Shown here piece by piece: positions 63,045 to 64,000 of a stretch of DNA of 64,000 bases. The DNA comes from Balanoglossus misakiensis. Lineage: Eukaryota; Animalia; Hemichordata. Location of the stretch: contig CM082576.2 of NCBI GenBank assembly GCA_040954595.2, forward strand, positions 19,019,028 to 19,083,027, in the 5' to 3' direction. Each line of letters starts with the position of its first letter. The stretch's first letter is position 1. A program made the position numbers and the translations under genes. The notes under the pieces were generated by a model. It saw only the letters and a list, made by a program, of their open reading frames with translations. It searched no databases and had not been told where the DNA came from.

Positions 63045-64000
63045 CAATACGCCAACCTTTAAAATATTACTTTAGAAAGTTTGTATTCATACTTTCTTCA
63101 AGTTGTCATAACGCTAACCCGAAATGTGTTTTAGTATTGCCTTTGTATTAATGGGCTAGATTCATGGCGTTATATGTCATAAATTAAAAAGACAACCCTT
63201 ATTGTTTTTGATAATATTTATGTCGGAGAATCCACAATGAAAAATATGTATTTTCAATTTCATAACTCAAAATAATTTCCAAATCCATGACCTTATTTTC
63301 AACTCCAGTGATCGTACATCCTGAACCTTGTTCCAGTAAATGATTGGTCATTACAGGGTTAATGGGCACTCTCCCGTTCTCTTCCTCCGCAGTTTCATTC
63401 ATGTTCTTGTTTGACGGAAATGGGTGTGACCAGACGATTGAATGTTTTCATGTGGGTTGAGTTGTTCATCGGGAACGGCCTCCTGGTGTGTCTGTACAGG
63501 TACGCAAGGAGAAACTGCCCACAAGAAGCTGCGAGTGAAACTATTTAAGGTAGTATGTGCCTCGCGGTCCGAGATTCAGACAAATGATAGTCCTCAAAAC
63601 TTTTTCAAGTAATTGATTTACTAAAGTGTGTGGTGAGTCTCTTTGAAAACAACAACAATATTACTCATCATATTGTAATTTTTTGAAACTATAAAATGAA
63701 GTTGACAATGCACCAAACAGATTCTATTTATTTCTTCATGACCATGTTCACCCCAAGGTCATATGGACCTGCAAGTATATGCCAGAGCCAGAGACGACAT
63801 TACCGAAGCCAGAGTTTAAAGCTTACAGGTCACCCCTTGCCAGCTCATGACTAACTAAACTGCCATGGATGCCAAGAGATATATGACTACGGTAACCTGT
63901 AGATGGTTTCAGTATGTTTGAAGAAAGTGGTGGCGCACTTTTGGCTACATTTGAAATGGCTATGGTACCAGTGGTTGAATTTGCAAAGGTGACCTTTGAC
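63045..64000 (+). repeat. Long direct repeat, copy 2 of 46255-47210+
   Basis: Paralogous ORFs 46387/63199; colinear to the window end. Confidence 0.95.

Noticed and set aside
46255-64000. Direct repeats as the LTR pair of the Gypsy element
   Set aside because: They lack a TG start, and the PBS lies ~3.5 kb downstream behind a different TGACA-ending sequence.

Overview
Eukaryotic (animal, probably marine invertebrate; inferred, not provable) AT-rich, repeat-dominated DNA with no intact host gene. It holds two large satellite arrays (a 116-bp monomer at ~14.1-21.3 kb and a ~180-196-bp monomer at ~27.5-41.7 kb), Helentron-associated (HINE/DINE-1-like) elements including a nested pair, several MITEs, a tRNA-derived SINE, local duplications, and a decayed Gmr1-like Gypsy LTR retrotransposon (tRNA-Pro PBS, gag, PR-IN-RT order). 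The highlight is a 5,476-bp DNA transposon (51838-57313) inserted between the protease and integrase of the Gypsy pol. It has a 3-bp TSD (ACA), CACT...AGTG ends and bipartite, RSS-reminiscent termini (8-bp end motif, 18-bp non-conserved spacer, inner motif at the same offset in both ends). It carries an intact, spliced ~875-894 aa DDE transposase that aligns by eye to RAG1/Transib/Chapaev core motifs but lacks the zinc-binding CxxC, and a convergently oriented ~216-codon partner gene of unknown family that does not resemble RAG2. All family assignments come from manual motif reading; no database searches were run.
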